64,000 nt of DNA from Bacteriovoracia bacterium (GCA_050246755.1 JBFWVL010000001.1:512001-576000); one strand, 5' to 3'; positions 44,133-54,292 are shown, counted from the first letter of the stretch. Made by a program: numbers and translations. The notes: a model not told the origin generated them from the letters alone.

Positions 44133-45242
44133 CTAAAAGGCGTGGCCGAAATCCACAAATACGCCTTTTTGGTCCCGCGCCACGGCGTAATCTATGCGGA
44201 TTTTCGAGATTTTATCGGGTGGCAGCCCAATGCGCAGGCCGGCTCCGTAGGTAACGTGGGCGCGGGAAAACCGCTTGTCGGTAACTTCGCCAAATTCGAG
44301 AAAGGAGGCGCCGCTCACGTAACTATAGATGGGAAAGCGCAGCTCACTTTGCTCCACGTAGTATTTCTTGCCCCGGAACCGATTGTAAAAGTGGCCGCGC
44401 AGGCGATCCGTTCCTCCCAGGCGAAACTCGTTGAGGTAGGTTGGCTCCCCGAGAATGAAGCCCCCCGAAAGCGCATGGGCCAGCACGAGGTCGCGGTCGA
44501 TCACGTACTGAAAAATATCGAAATCCCAGTCGAAAGTGGTGGAACGCGCGTGAATCGGGCCCTTATAGGGAAAAGCATGGGTAATGCGGAAGCCTTGGTG
44601 CCAGCCCAGTGAAGGGTTGGAGGGAATATCCCGGTAATCCAGCTCCTGCTTAATCCCAGCCGCCACCACGAATTCTTCGGGTTCAATCGGATCTTTCTGA
44701 AGGCTTTCCTGGGAACGAAATTCCGCCTTATTGCGACGCGCCCGGTGCTCGAATCCTGGGCCGATGGAGAAACGGGAATTAAAGCTGTAAGGGAAATACA
44801 CTTCCGTTTCGTCCTTCCAGAAAAGCACGTCCACGCGATCCTCTACTTTCGTTTCGTTGCCGCGGCCGTAGTTGGACTCGAAGCCGTTGGAAAGCTCATT
44901 TCGCAGGTCCATCCGCCACCAACGGGAAAAGTAGCTATGCCAATTGACCTCCAGTTTCGTGGCTTTTGCCTGGGCGAAAATTCCCACGATGCCGAACTCG
45001 TATTTCTTTTCCCCGTCGGTCACCTTGTTCTGAAAATAACCTCCGCCGAGAAAAACCTTATAGGTGGGATTATAGCCCCCGAGCGGAACGAGCGAGCGGA
45101 ACTTCCCGCTTTCGGGCAACGGCCTAGATTCCGTGGCGGCCAGCACCGGATCTTGCAGCGCCTCCGTGCGGGTAGGCTCTTCTGCGAGTGCAAAAATGGG
45201 AAGGAGAAGGAAGAAAAATAGGGTCATGGAGCGTATGGTCAC
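44133..45242 (-). CDS. Omp85/BamA-TamA family barrel protein lacking POTRA domains
   Basis: LGGTDRLRGH motif, ELRFPI, RIDYA, C-terminal FGHAF. Confidence 0.8.
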   Translation of the reverse strand: MTIRSMTLFFFLLLPIFALAEEPTRTEALQDPVLAATESRPLPESGKFRSLVPLGGYNPTYKVFLGGGYFQNKVTDGEKKYEFGIVGIFAQAKATKLEVNWHSYFSRWWRMDLRNELSNGFESNYGRGNETKVEDRVDVLFWKDETEVYFPYSFNSRFSIGPGFEHRARRNKAEFRSQESLQKDPIEPEEFVVAAGIKQELDYRDIPSNPSLGWHQGFRITHAFPYKGPIHARSTTFDWDFDIFQYVIDRDLVLAHALSGGFILGEPTYLNEFRLGGTDRLRGHFYNRFRGKKYYVEQSELRFPIYSYVSGASFLEFGEVTDKRFSRAHVTYGAGLRIGLPPDKISKIRIDYAVARDQKGVFVDFGHAF

Positions 45243-45365
45243 TTTCTGGGGAGGGAGACGAAAATATTTGAAATGAATAGCGATTTTCTAAAGAAAACGA
45301 TAGCAACAAAGCTGCCGCACCCCTTCGCCAAAAAGCCGCATTACGGTTAAATTAAATCCCACTGC

Positions 45366-47786
45366 ATGCAGAAAGTTAAACCCTTAAAGGATCATTTCCT
45401 GCCCGCAGGAGCTCATATCGTCGCCCTAACCGTTGGCCTGTGCTTAACGGCTTTAGCCAGCTTCTATATCCAGTCCGACGTGGCCAGCGAGGAAAGCCGC
45501 CGATTTAAGGAATTGACCTCCCAGATCGAAGAACAAATTCATCTTCGCCTGCAGCGCTACGAAGATGCCCTCCTTCATACCCGAGCCTTTTTTGCCGCCA
45601 GCGACGAAGTGAGCCGCGGAGAATTTCACGAATTTTTTTCCAACTCGAACCTTTTCGCGCGCTCGCCGGGGCTGCGTGGCGTGGGTTATTCGCTGTTGGT
45701 ACCGAAGAATAAACTGGCGGAGCATACGCGCCGGGTAAGAGCGCAGGGATTTCCCGACTATGAAATTTGGCCCACTACCCCCCGCGAGGAGTACTTCGCC
45801 ACGCTTTATTACGAGCCTTTTAACTGGAAGGACCAGAGGTCTTTCGGTTTCGATCCTTCTACCGATCCAGTCCGGCAAGCGGCGATGGCCCAGGCCAGAG
45901 ATACAGGGGCGGCCACCATCAGTGGAAAAGTAGAATTGCTGCAAAGTAGCGGTGAAAAAAGCCAAACCGGTTTTTTGCTCTACCTCCCGCTTTTCCTCAA
46001 TAAAGTAATTCCATCCACCGAAAGCGAGCGGAGGGAAAAACTGAAGGGCTACCTCTACAGCCCTTTCCGCAGCCAGGATCTCTTCGGAAATATTTTCAGC
46101 GAAGATTCGGCCCCCTACAAACAAGTGCAATTCGAGATCTACGACGGAAATGCGCCGAGCCCCGCCTCCCTTCTCTACGATAGCGACGACCAGATCGAAT
46201 TCGGGCTCGGCAACCGCCCGCGCCTGCAGGAAACTTTTCCGATTTTCGTGAACGGGCATGCCTGGACTATCTACGTAAGCACCCTGCCCCCTTTCACCCC
46301 GCTCACTTCCCGCTATGCCACACTCTTCATCGCCGGCGTGGGAATCCTCTTCAGCTTTGCCGCTTTCTGGATCCTCCTCACGATCAAGCGGCGGATGGAA
46401 TCCGAGCGCACCCGGCTAAACGAAGAAACCGCGGCGCGGCTGCAAGTGGAACTACTGGCCACTGAGTTGCGAGCCGCCGTGCGCGACCGAAACTTTTCCC
46501 TCACCACGCTCGAAACCATCAATAAAGTGGGCCGGATCATTTCGGCTGAGCTCGATCTAGAGCGCCTGATGCAGGCCGTGAACGACGCCGCCACCTCCAT
46601 CACCCGCGCAAAGTTCGGCGCCTTCTTCGCCAATCAAGTTGGCCCGGCCGGCGATACCTACACGCTCTATACAATCTCGGGCGTGCCCCGGGAAAAGTTT
46701 TCCCATTTCCCCATGCCCCGGGCCACCGAGATTTTCGCGCCCACCTTTACCGGCGCCAGCGTGGTGCGCAGCCATGATATCACCCAGGATCCCCGCTACG
46801 GAAAAAATGCTCCCTTCAAGGGCATGCCCGAAGGGCACTTACCCGTTAAGTCCTATTTGGCCGTGCCGGTAATCTCGCGTTCCGGCGAAGTGCTCGGCGG
46901 CCTTTTTCTCGGGCATCCTAAACCAGGAGTGTTTACGGAGCGCGATGAGAAAGCTGTGCTGAGCCTAGCCGCTCAGGCCGCGGTGGCCGTGGATAACGCT
47001 CTCCTCTTCAAGAACGCGAGGGAGGCCGTAGCGGCCCGCGACGATTTCCTATCGATCTGCAGCCACGAGTTGCGTACCCCGCTAACCTCGCTCAAACTGC
47101 AAACCCAGCTCACCCGCCGGCTGCTCGACCGGGAACCCGCACAGGCTCCCGAATCCACGAAATTTCGCCGGTTCCTCGATAATAACAACGTGCAGATTGA
47201 TCGCCTGGTTCGCCTCGTGGAAGACATGCTCGACATTTCCCGCATCCGCGCCGGCAAGCTCAGCTTGCAGGCGGAGCCGGTGAACCTGCGGGCGCTGGTG
47301 CAGGAAGTTACGGAGCGCTTCTCCCCGCAGCTGGCCAATTCGGGCAACAGCCTCTCTTTACACCTCGGGGAAGAAGTGAGCGGGAAATGGGACAAATTCC
47401 GCCTCGAGCAAGTTCTCGTAAATCTCCTTACCAACGCGATGAAATATGGCGCCGGCAGCCCGATCGAAATCTTCCTTTCGCAGGCAGACGGCATGGCCAC
47501 GCTCGAAGTGGCCGACAAGGGCATTGGTATCGCGCAGGAAAGCCAGTCGAGAATCTTCGAGCGCTTCGAGCGCGCGGTTTCGAAGCATAATATCAGTGGC
47601 CTGGGCCTTGGGCTCTTCATCGTGCGCCAGATCGTGGAAGCGCACGGCGGCACGATCTCGGTGACGAGCGAGGTGGGCAAAGGCGCCCGCTTCACCGTAA
47701 AGCTGCCCCTGGAATCCAGGCCTCCCTCTCCGCTCCCCCCTTTTCTGGAGTCCCCCCTGTCTCCCTCCGGACACAGTCCCATTTGA
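45366..47786 (+). CDS. CHASE-GAF sensor histidine kinase
   Basis: TM-CHASE-TM, GAF (SYLAVPVISRSGEVLGGLF.GH), SHELRTPL, NLLTNAMKY, DKGIGI, GLGLGL. Confidence 0.92.
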   Translation: MQKVKPLKDHFLPAGAHIVALTVGLCLTALASFYIQSDVASEESRRFKELTSQIEEQIHLRLQRYEDALLHTRAFFAASDEVSRGEFHEFFSNSNLFARSPGLRGVGYSLLVPKNKLAEHTRRVRAQGFPDYEIWPTTPREEYFATLYYEPFNWKDQRSFGFDPSTDPVRQAAMAQARDTGAATISGKVELLQSSGEKSQTGFLLYLPLFLNKVIPSTESERREKLKGYLYSPFRSQDLFGNIFSEDSAPYKQVQFEIYDGNAPSPASLLYDSDDQIEFGLGNRPRLQETFPIFVNGHAWTIYVSTLPPFTPLTSRYATLFIAGVGILFSFAAFWILLTIKRRMESERTRLNEETAARLQVELLATELRAAVRDRNFSLTTLETINKVGRIISAELDLERLMQAVNDAATSITRAKFGAFFANQVGPAGDTYTLYTISGVPREKFSHFPMPRATEIFAPTFTGASVVRSHDITQDPRYGKNAPFKGMPEGHLPVKSYLAVPVISRSGEVLGGLFLGHPKPGVFTERDEKAVLSLAAQAAVAVDNALLFKNAREAVAARDDFLSICSHELRTPLTSLKLQTQLTRRLLDREPAQAPESTKFRRFLDNNNVQIDRLVRLVEDMLDISRIRAGKLSLQAEPVNLRALVQEVTERFSPQLANSGNSLSLHLGEEVSGKWDKFRLEQVLVNLLTNAMKYGAGSPIEIFLSQADGMATLEVADKGIGIAQESQSRIFERFERAVSKHNISGLGLGLFIVRQIVEAHGGTISVTSEVGKGARFTVKLPLESRPPSPLPPFLESPLSPSGHSPI

Positions 47787-47821
47787 CACCAGGTCTCCCT
47801 CCCGCTGCTTTTTCTCCGCTC

Positions 47822-47866
47822 TAACCCCTTGATCTTCCAAGCCGGCACCGGGGCACGCGCGTTGCA
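47822..47866 (+). promoter_or_regulatory. IHF-like site (reverse complement ATCAAGGGGTTA, 47822-47833) plus sigma54 promoter GGCAC-N5-TTGCA (47852-47866)
   Basis: GG-N10-GC spacing; upstream of the pilin operon. Confidence 0.65.
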
Positions 47867-47922
47867 CTACTATCCTTGAGAGCCACACGGAGTGGTTCAA
47901 CTAACGCCAGGAGTGCCCATCC

Positions 47923-48396
47923 ATGAAAAAAGTAGCCCTTAGTTTTCTTCTTCTTTATACGGCCCCCGTTTGGGCGGCTTCCACGGACACCCTGCTCTTA
48001 CAGGGCTCGGTAACGGCGGTGAACGATATCGCGGTTACTGCGGTGTCCGGAGTGAACAATTCACTAAACATCGTGGGCGGACAATCCAACGTGACGGTAG
48101 CCAACGTAGCGGAAACTTCCAATAATCTTCTCGGCTATAAGATCATGATGTCTTCGGCCAACGCCGGCGAGCTCAGGAATGCATCCGACGCCTCGAAGAA
48201 AACGACCTATACGGTGGTATACGGATCAGGATCGGCGATGACGCCCACCACCTCGGCCGCGCAGGTGAAAAGCGTGTCGTCGCTCACGGGCCTAACCACC
48301 AACTCGAGCGCCGTGAAGGTAAACGTAGTGGCCTATCCTTCGGCCCCCGCCGGAACCTATAGCGATACCGTTACCCTCTCGATCGTGGCCAACTAA
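47923..48396 (+). CDS. Chaperone-usher major pilin 1 (Csu/SCPU-like)
   Basis: Signal peptide, donor strand TLLLQGSV, C-terminal PAGTYSDTVTLSI. Confidence 0.8.
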   Translation: MKKVALSFLLLYTAPVWAASTDTLLLQGSVTAVNDIAVTAVSGVNNSLNIVGGQSNVTVANVAETSNNLLGYKIMMSSANAGELRNASDASKKTTYTVVYGSGSAMTPTTSAAQVKSVSSLTGLTTNSSAVKVNVVAYPSAPAGTYSDTVTLSIVAN

Positions 48397-48445
48397 GCCA
48401 CGATCGCCTCGCCTCCATAAACATATTTAATAGATAGGAACTCAT

Positions 48446-48943
48446 ATGCGTTCTTCCGAACACAACTGGATTGTATTGCCCTTGCTCGCTCTTTTTCTCT
48501 CGACTTCGGCCGCCAACGCGGCCTCTTCGGGCACCCTGCTCCTCTCGGGCGTGGTTCCTCTCGTAAACGACATCGCCATCACGGCCAACGGCTCGAATAA
48601 CTCGACCCTAAATATCTCGGGCGGAGAGACCGCGAAGCTGGTGGCGAGCGTGTCCGAAACCTCCAACAATAGCTCCGGTTATACGGTTACCCTTTCTTCG
48701 GCGAACGCCGGCCAGCTCAAGCTGGCCTCGGACGCCACGAAGAAAACCGCCTACCAAATCAGCTACAACGGCGGATCCTATGTCTCGCCCGCGGTGTCTC
48801 CCGCCACGGTGAAAACCGTGTCTTCGCTCGGAACGCTCACCACCAATAGCAGCCCTGTGCGCGTTAACGTTACGGCCTTCGCGAACGCTCCCGCCGGCAC
48901 CTATAGCGACACGATCACCCTCGCTATCGTGGCGAATCCCTAA
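48446..48943 (+). CDS. Chaperone-usher major pilin 2 (paralog of pilin 1)
   Basis: GTLLLSGVV...ETSNN..GY...SSANAG...PAGTYSDTITLAI. Confidence 0.8.
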   Translation: MRSSEHNWIVLPLLALFLSTSAANAASSGTLLLSGVVPLVNDIAITANGSNNSTLNISGGETAKLVASVSETSNNSSGYTVTLSSANAGQLKLASDATKKTAYQISYNGGSYVSPAVSPATVKTVSSLGTLTTNSSPVRVNVTAFANAPAGTYSDTITLAIVANP

Positions 48944-48975
48944 TGCCCACACGGTATCCCGTTGGAAGGCTAGGT

Positions 48976-49260
48976 ATGCAGACTCTTTATTTTCTTTTGC
49001 TCAGCATTCCCGCATTCGCCGACGGGCAGCTATTGGTCTCGGGAAACGTGGTTCCCGCCATCGACTTCGGATTCGAGCCCTTTAACGACGGTTACGCTAT
49101 CCGGAACCTGGGAAACTCCGTGGCCCTCTTCCAGATCGGCGCGCGCGACAAGCAAGGGCGCCAAGTAGCCTGGCTCCGGCAGAGCGAGCAGCTCCTGCTG
49201 CGCACCGATTACCTGCAGAAAACAGGTGGGCCTATCGAAATTCGGATCCTTGCCCCGTAG
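48976..49260 (+). CDS. Small secreted accessory pilus protein with donor-strand-like N-terminus
   Basis: Signal peptide then GQLLVSGNVVP. Confidence 0.55.
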   Translation: MQTLYFLLLSIPAFADGQLLVSGNVVPAIDFGFEPFNDGYAIRNLGNSVALFQIGARDKQGRQVAWLRQSEQLLLRTDYLQKTGGPIEIRILAP

Positions 49261-49285
49261 GAGAAGGCCCCTTTACAATAGATGA

Positions 49286-49984
49286 ATGAAAATCCTCCTC
49301 CTTTTCCTATTCTGCCTTCCCGCCCACGCGTTCCGTCTTTCTCCGATGGTGGTTGATTTCTCTCCTTCCGGAAAAAACGCCACCCAAACCTTGCTCCTGG
49401 ATAATCCCGGCAAAGAGCGGGTGGCCGTGCAAATCGAGATCATGAAAAGAAAAATCGATATCGACGGCAAAGAGGACCGCACCGAAGTTGCCACGGACTT
49501 CGCCGTTTTTCCCGAACAGCTCACGCTGGAAGCCGGGCAAAAAAGAAACGTGCGGGTAACGTGGACCGGAGACCAAGCCCCCACCACGGAATTGCCTTTT
49601 CGCCTGGTAGCCTCCCAGCTGCCCGTGACGCTGAACCGGCCCACCAACCGCGCCGACGTGAACGTGAATTTGAAATTCGTGCTCCAGTACGTAGCCTCCC
49701 TTTACGTGATCCCCAACGACGCTAAATCCAGGGTGGTGGTGGCGGCAGCCGGCACGGGAAAAAACGGGAACGCGGAACTATTGCTGAAAAATGAAGGCAA
49801 CGCGCGGAAGGTGCTCGAAAAACTGCAAATTAAATTCGTGGGGGAGAAAGGCAGCTACGATGTGCCCGAAAATTTAATGGCCGAGGTGCGCGCGCAAAAT
49901 ATCCTGGCCGGCGCCAGCCGCAGGTTCACCTTTCCCGTGCCCAAGGAATTTCGCGTGAAAAAAGCGGAGATCCGCTTCGAATAA
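49286..49984 (+). CDS. Fimbrial periplasmic chaperone (PapD-like)
   Basis: FAVFPEQLTL..GQKRNVRV, ELPFRL...QLP, LKNEGN. Confidence 0.88.
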   Translation: MKILLLFLFCLPAHAFRLSPMVVDFSPSGKNATQTLLLDNPGKERVAVQIEIMKRKIDIDGKEDRTEVATDFAVFPEQLTLEAGQKRNVRVTWTGDQAPTTELPFRLVASQLPVTLNRPTNRADVNVNLKFVLQYVASLYVIPNDAKSRVVVAAAGTGKNGNAELLLKNEGNARKVLEKLQIKFVGEKGSYDVPENLMAEVRAQNILAGASRRFTFPVPKEFRVKKAEIRFE

Positions 49985-49985
49985 A

Positions 49986-52385
49986 ATGCACATTTTAATT
50001 TTTCTCCTGCTCTCTTTTTCCGCCTCCGCCGGCACGCGCCCCCCCATCCCGCGCGCGTCGCTGGTGGCCCCGATCATCGTGGACGGCCAGTCGCGAGAGC
50101 AAGCCTGGGTATTTCCCAGCACCGACGAAGAACAATTTTTGGTGGAAGCCTCTCCTCTCCTTCTTTCCCTTGGGCCCGAGCTAGTGCCGGCCCGTCTAGA
50201 ATCAATCCGCGCAAAAATCGAATCGGCCGGAGTGATCCGGCTCAAGCGGCTGCGCGACGTGGGCCTTTCGCCCCGCTTCGATCCGCTAACCCTCGAGCTG
50301 GCGATTCAGGTTCCGCCCCAAGCCAAACGCATCCTTACCAAAAATATCGTGGCCCGCGAGGAATCGATTTCGGGAAATACCTATCGCTCCTCCCCCGCGA
50401 GCGCCTACGTGAATCTTCGCACCAGCCAGCCGTTTCAGTATCCGGCCACTGGCCGCAGCTCGCGCCTTCCTTTCGGCGCCACCTTCGATTTTGCGGGAAA
50501 TATTCAGTCGTGGGTCCTGGATTCCGGCGCCACCTATACCGAACGTGATCCCGCACCCTGGAAGCGAAACGATACCGCCCTCATCAAAGACTCCGAAGAA
50601 AAAATGCTTCGCTTCACCGCAGGCGACCAGGTGACTCCGTCCGTAGCCTACCTATCGGGGAAAAATATCGGCGGGATCGGGATCACCCGGGTATTTGCGA
50701 TTCAGCCCAATACCACCACGCAGCCGATTTCTCGTACGGAGCTTCTGCTGAAGCGCCCAAGCCAGGTGGAAGTGATCGTGAACGGCACCGTGCAAAATCA
50801 GCTTCGTTTGCCGGCCGGGCCCGTGAACGTACAAGACTTCCCCCTCGCCAGCGGGTTCAATAATGTGGCCCTTAAAATCACCGACGATCTCGGCAAAGTG
50901 GAAATCGTGAACCTCACTATTTTCTACGATTCCCAGGCCCTGGGAAAAGGCGTGCAATCTTTTTCCTATCACGTGGGGGCGCCCTCCACTCCGCTCGGCG
51001 CCGGCCGCCACTACGAAGGAAAAAACATAAATTTTTCATTTTTTCACCGGAAAGGCCTCTCCGACCGCTTCACCGGCGGCCTATTCGCCCAGGGCGATGA
51101 GCACCAAAATCTGGTAGGCCTGGAGGGCATCCTCATCGGAAAATTCGGCTCCCTCAGCCTCACTCCGGCCGCGAGCCGCATCGCCGGCCTACGGCCCGAC
51201 CTCGCTGGCCGGCTCCGCTACCAAACGCTCGACGGGTACCGCGGCCAGCTTCACCCGCTGCGTTTCTCCCTCGAAAGCGAGTATAAGGGCTGGAGGTTCG
51301 CGCCGGTGGGCGTAACTGAGCCGAGCAATCCCTACGCCTGGTCGCTCGACGGCTATACTCTGTATCGATCCAATGCCGGCATCGATTTCGGCCTGGGAGG
51401 ACTCTATCAATTCCAGCGAGCCTCGCCGGTGGATCGCTGGCAAGGACGCTCCGACTTCACGGCGCTCCTCTCCAACTCCCTGCGCGCCTCGGTGAACTAT
51501 GCCTATACCCACGATGCCCACCGCGAACACCGCGTTTTTCTTTCCTTCACCTGGGTAGAACCGAGCGGCCGACAATACGTGAACGGCAGCTACGATTACC
51601 CCACAAAAACGGAGCGCCTAGATTTAGTGCGCACCGCTGGGCAGCCTTACGATGACGTTCAGCTCGCGGCCGGCCTGCAGCGATCTCCGGAACAAAACAG
51701 CGTGAGTGCCCAGGCCGACTACGTGGCCCAGCGGGCGAATTTCCGCCTAGACCACCAAAGCAATATGCCGCGCGAGCAAGGAAAAACGAACCATATCACC
51801 ACCGCCGGGTTCAGCACGGCTCTGGTTTGGGCCGGCTCCTCCGTTTCTCTATCGCGGCCGATCTACGATAGCTTCGCTATCTTCCCCACGCGAGGCGCGG
51901 CGCGGGGCGAGGAAATCCCCATTAATCCGCAGGGTGATTCTGCCGAAGCCTACGCGGGCGGCTGGCTTCCCGCCGTGGTTCCCGGGGTCAACTCCTACTA
52001 TCAAACTCCCGTCTCCCTTGATACCTCCCGCCTTCCGGCCGGCATAAGCGTGGCCGAAGAATATTTTCACGTGAAGCCCACCTACAAAAGCGGCGTCGAA
52101 GTAATGATCGGCGCCGAAGCCAGCGCCACGGCCATCGGAATTTTAACGGCCAAGGGAAAACCGCTCGCGCTAGCCTCGGGTGAAGTTTTCTCGTCGGAAG
52201 GAAAAGGCGGTTCGGTATTCTTCACGAATAAGCATGGCCAGTTCATCGCCGAGAATCTGCAGCCCGGCACCTACCGCCTGCATTTCTATGAGGGAAATTT
52301 CCGCGATCGCCAGTTTAGCGTTCCGGAAGGCGCCCGTGGTATCGTGCGCTTAGGCAAGCTTCCCGTGGAAGGTGGAGACGAATGA
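49986..52385 (+). CDS. Fimbrial outer-membrane usher
   Basis: AGD...IGGIGI.R.F..QP, PSQVEVIVNG, LPAGP.NVQDFPL..G.N, ITDDLG, C-terminal FFTNKHGQF. Confidence 0.9.
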   Translation: MHILIFLLLSFSASAGTRPPIPRASLVAPIIVDGQSREQAWVFPSTDEEQFLVEASPLLLSLGPELVPARLESIRAKIESAGVIRLKRLRDVGLSPRFDPLTLELAIQVPPQAKRILTKNIVAREESISGNTYRSSPASAYVNLRTSQPFQYPATGRSSRLPFGATFDFAGNIQSWVLDSGATYTERDPAPWKRNDTALIKDSEEKMLRFTAGDQVTPSVAYLSGKNIGGIGITRVFAIQPNTTTQPISRTELLLKRPSQVEVIVNGTVQNQLRLPAGPVNVQDFPLASGFNNVALKITDDLGKVEIVNLTIFYDSQALGKGVQSFSYHVGAPSTPLGAGRHYEGKNINFSFFHRKGLSDRFTGGLFAQGDEHQNLVGLEGILIGKFGSLSLTPAASRIAGLRPDLAGRLRYQTLDGYRGQLHPLRFSLESEYKGWRFAPVGVTEPSNPYAWSLDGYTLYRSNAGIDFGLGGLYQFQRASPVDRWQGRSDFTALLSNSLRASVNYAYTHDAHREHRVFLSFTWVEPSGRQYVNGSYDYPTKTERLDLVRTAGQPYDDVQLAAGLQRSPEQNSVSAQADYVAQRANFRLDHQSNMPREQGKTNHITTAGFSTALVWAGSSVSLSRPIYDSFAIFPTRGAARGEEIPINPQGDSAEAYAGGWLPAVVPGVNSYYQTPVSLDTSRLPAGISVAEEYFHVKPTYKSGVEVMIGAEASATAIGILTAKGKPLALASGEVFSSEGKGGSVFFTNKHGQFIAENLQPGTYRLHFYEGNFRDRQFSVPEGARGIVRLGKLPVEGGDE

Positions 52386-53287
52386 TACTTTTACTGTTAA
52401 TCCTGGCGAAACTCTCGTGGGCCGGCTGCAATAACTTACGCCTGACCCTGGCGAACTCCACCGTGGACCTAACGCCGAATACGGCCCCTTCGCTCAATCT
52501 CACTGTGAAGCGAAGCGGCAGCGGGGGCTGCGATTATTTCATCACCTTCGGCTACGGCAATGCGTCCACCTATGCCGACCGCAAGCTCTCTCAGGGAAGC
52601 TATTCCATTCCCGTGAATATCTACCGCGACAGCAACCATACCCAGATCCTGAAAAAACTTCCCGAAGCAGCGACCGTCACCGACGTGATCTACGGATCCT
52701 TTCCCAGCGGAACGAGCAATCCCAACTCTACCGTGCATACCTACTATCCCCAGCTCGGAACCGTCGCCTACAACCGCTTCGGCGAATATTCGGATACCTA
52801 TACGGTGAGTGTGTACGAATATACGGGAGGCCTATCGGGATCCCTGGAAGACTCGGAGAATCTAAAACTTAAGTACACCATGACGAAAAAGATCGATCTT
52901 TCGCTGATGGCCACGGGCGCGCCCTTTAACGTGGCCGATACCACCGAAACGATGAACTTCGGGACCCTCACGGCGGGCGCGGTACGTACCTTCGATATCG
53001 GAGTGAAATATAATGCCGGTTACCGCGTGCGCCTCTCGTCGGCAAACCAAGGGCGGCTCAAGCATGCTTCCCTCACCGATACGGTTCCTTATACTCTGCA
53101 GGTAAATTCCTCGGCAGTGAACCTCAACGGCAGCAATACTACGCCCATACAAGTTTCCACGGGCACCGGCGTGAGCCCCCCGAATGGCTTGGTCCTTACG
53201 TCTTCTGTCACCATTGGCGCGCTCGGCTCGGCGAGAGCGGGCACCTATTCTGATACGGTAACCGTTACGGTCGTGACCACGGAATAA
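52382..53287 (+). CDS. Two-domain pilus tip adhesin (SCPU/CsuE-like)
   Basis: Two domains ending GEYSDTYTV and AGTYSDTVTVTV; Cys pair in the N-terminal domain. Confidence 0.8.
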   Translation: MILLLLILAKLSWAGCNNLRLTLANSTVDLTPNTAPSLNLTVKRSGSGGCDYFITFGYGNASTYADRKLSQGSYSIPVNIYRDSNHTQILKKLPEAATVTDVIYGSFPSGTSNPNSTVHTYYPQLGTVAYNRFGEYSDTYTVSVYEYTGGLSGSLEDSENLKLKYTMTKKIDLSLMATGAPFNVADTTETMNFGTLTAGAVRTFDIGVKYNAGYRVRLSSANQGRLKHASLTDTVPYTLQVNSSAVNLNGSNTTPIQVSTGTGVSPPNGLVLTSSVTIGALGSARAGTYSDTVTVTVVTTE

Positions 53288-53324
53288 TTTGTGGGGCGGC
53301 ATTTCCCCGTGCTTTACTAGATAG

Positions 53325-54203
53325 ATGAAAATCATTTTCTTGTGCTTGCTCCTCCCCCTCACTACCTTCGCCGAAACCAACCGTAACTACGCGGGCGTGA
53401 AAACTTTTTTGGCGCAGCTGGCTGCCAAATACCCCACCGCGGCTCTGCCCTTCGTTCTGGGCGACTCCGACTCCGGCGAAAAAATTCAGGGATTGAAAAT
53501 CGGCAATGGCCCCGTGCGCACCTTAGTGGTGGGCACCCATCACGGCAACGAATACGGTTCCACGGAAGTGGCGCTCGCCTTCGCACAATCAATCGCTGCG
53601 AATCCCATCTCTGGCCAAACCACCTTCGTGATCCCCGTACTGAATATCGGTGGCTATAATAAGCGCGACCGTTACGAGGGGGCCTCCACCGGCCGCCGCA
53701 TGGACCCGAACCGGGACTATCCCGGCCCGTGCGGTACTGAAGGACCCTTTTCGCTAAAATCCACCCGGGCCCTCGCCGATTTCGTGGCCAAAGAAAAAAT
53801 CGTGAGCTCCGCTACTCTCCATACCCACTATCCCGCCGTGGTTTTCCCCTGGGGAATTTCCTCCCACGATCTTGCCACGCCCTATGGCGATATTTTCCAG
53901 CAGTTGGTGGAGGCCGCTACGCTCGAGAGCCGCTATCAAATCGGTAACTCCACGGAAGTGATGTATCCGGCCGACGGAACGTTCGAGGATTACGCTTACT
54001 GGAAACATGGAATTTGGTCGATTTTATTCGAGCTCGGCTTTTCCCATTCGCCTTCCGAGCAGGAAATTCAAAACATGATCAGCGTGAACGTGCCTGGCAT
54101 CCGCCGCATGCTCGTGAAAGCTCCGACCACGCTAGCGCGGAATCATGCCTTTACGGGCGCGTGCGATAGTACGCTGCGTGGCCTAGATCGGCACGACGAG
54201 TAG
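53325..54203 (+). CDS. Secreted M14 zinc carboxypeptidase
   Basis: HHGNE, DPNRDY, TLHTH, FELG. Confidence 0.85.
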   Translation: MKIIFLCLLLPLTTFAETNRNYAGVKTFLAQLAAKYPTAALPFVLGDSDSGEKIQGLKIGNGPVRTLVVGTHHGNEYGSTEVALAFAQSIAANPISGQTTFVIPVLNIGGYNKRDRYEGASTGRRMDPNRDYPGPCGTEGPFSLKSTRALADFVAKEKIVSSATLHTHYPAVVFPWGISSHDLATPYGDIFQQLVEAATLESRYQIGNSTEVMYPADGTFEDYAYWKHGIWSILFELGFSHSPSEQEIQNMISVNVPGIRRMLVKAPTTLARNHAFTGACDSTLRGLDRHDE

Positions 54204-54292
54204 TCCGGATTCCGGACTTCGATCCGGCTTCCCGGGGATCTTTGCTTAGTTAGCCTCCCACGCTGTGGCGTGCGCTTTGATTGCTGGCCGGG

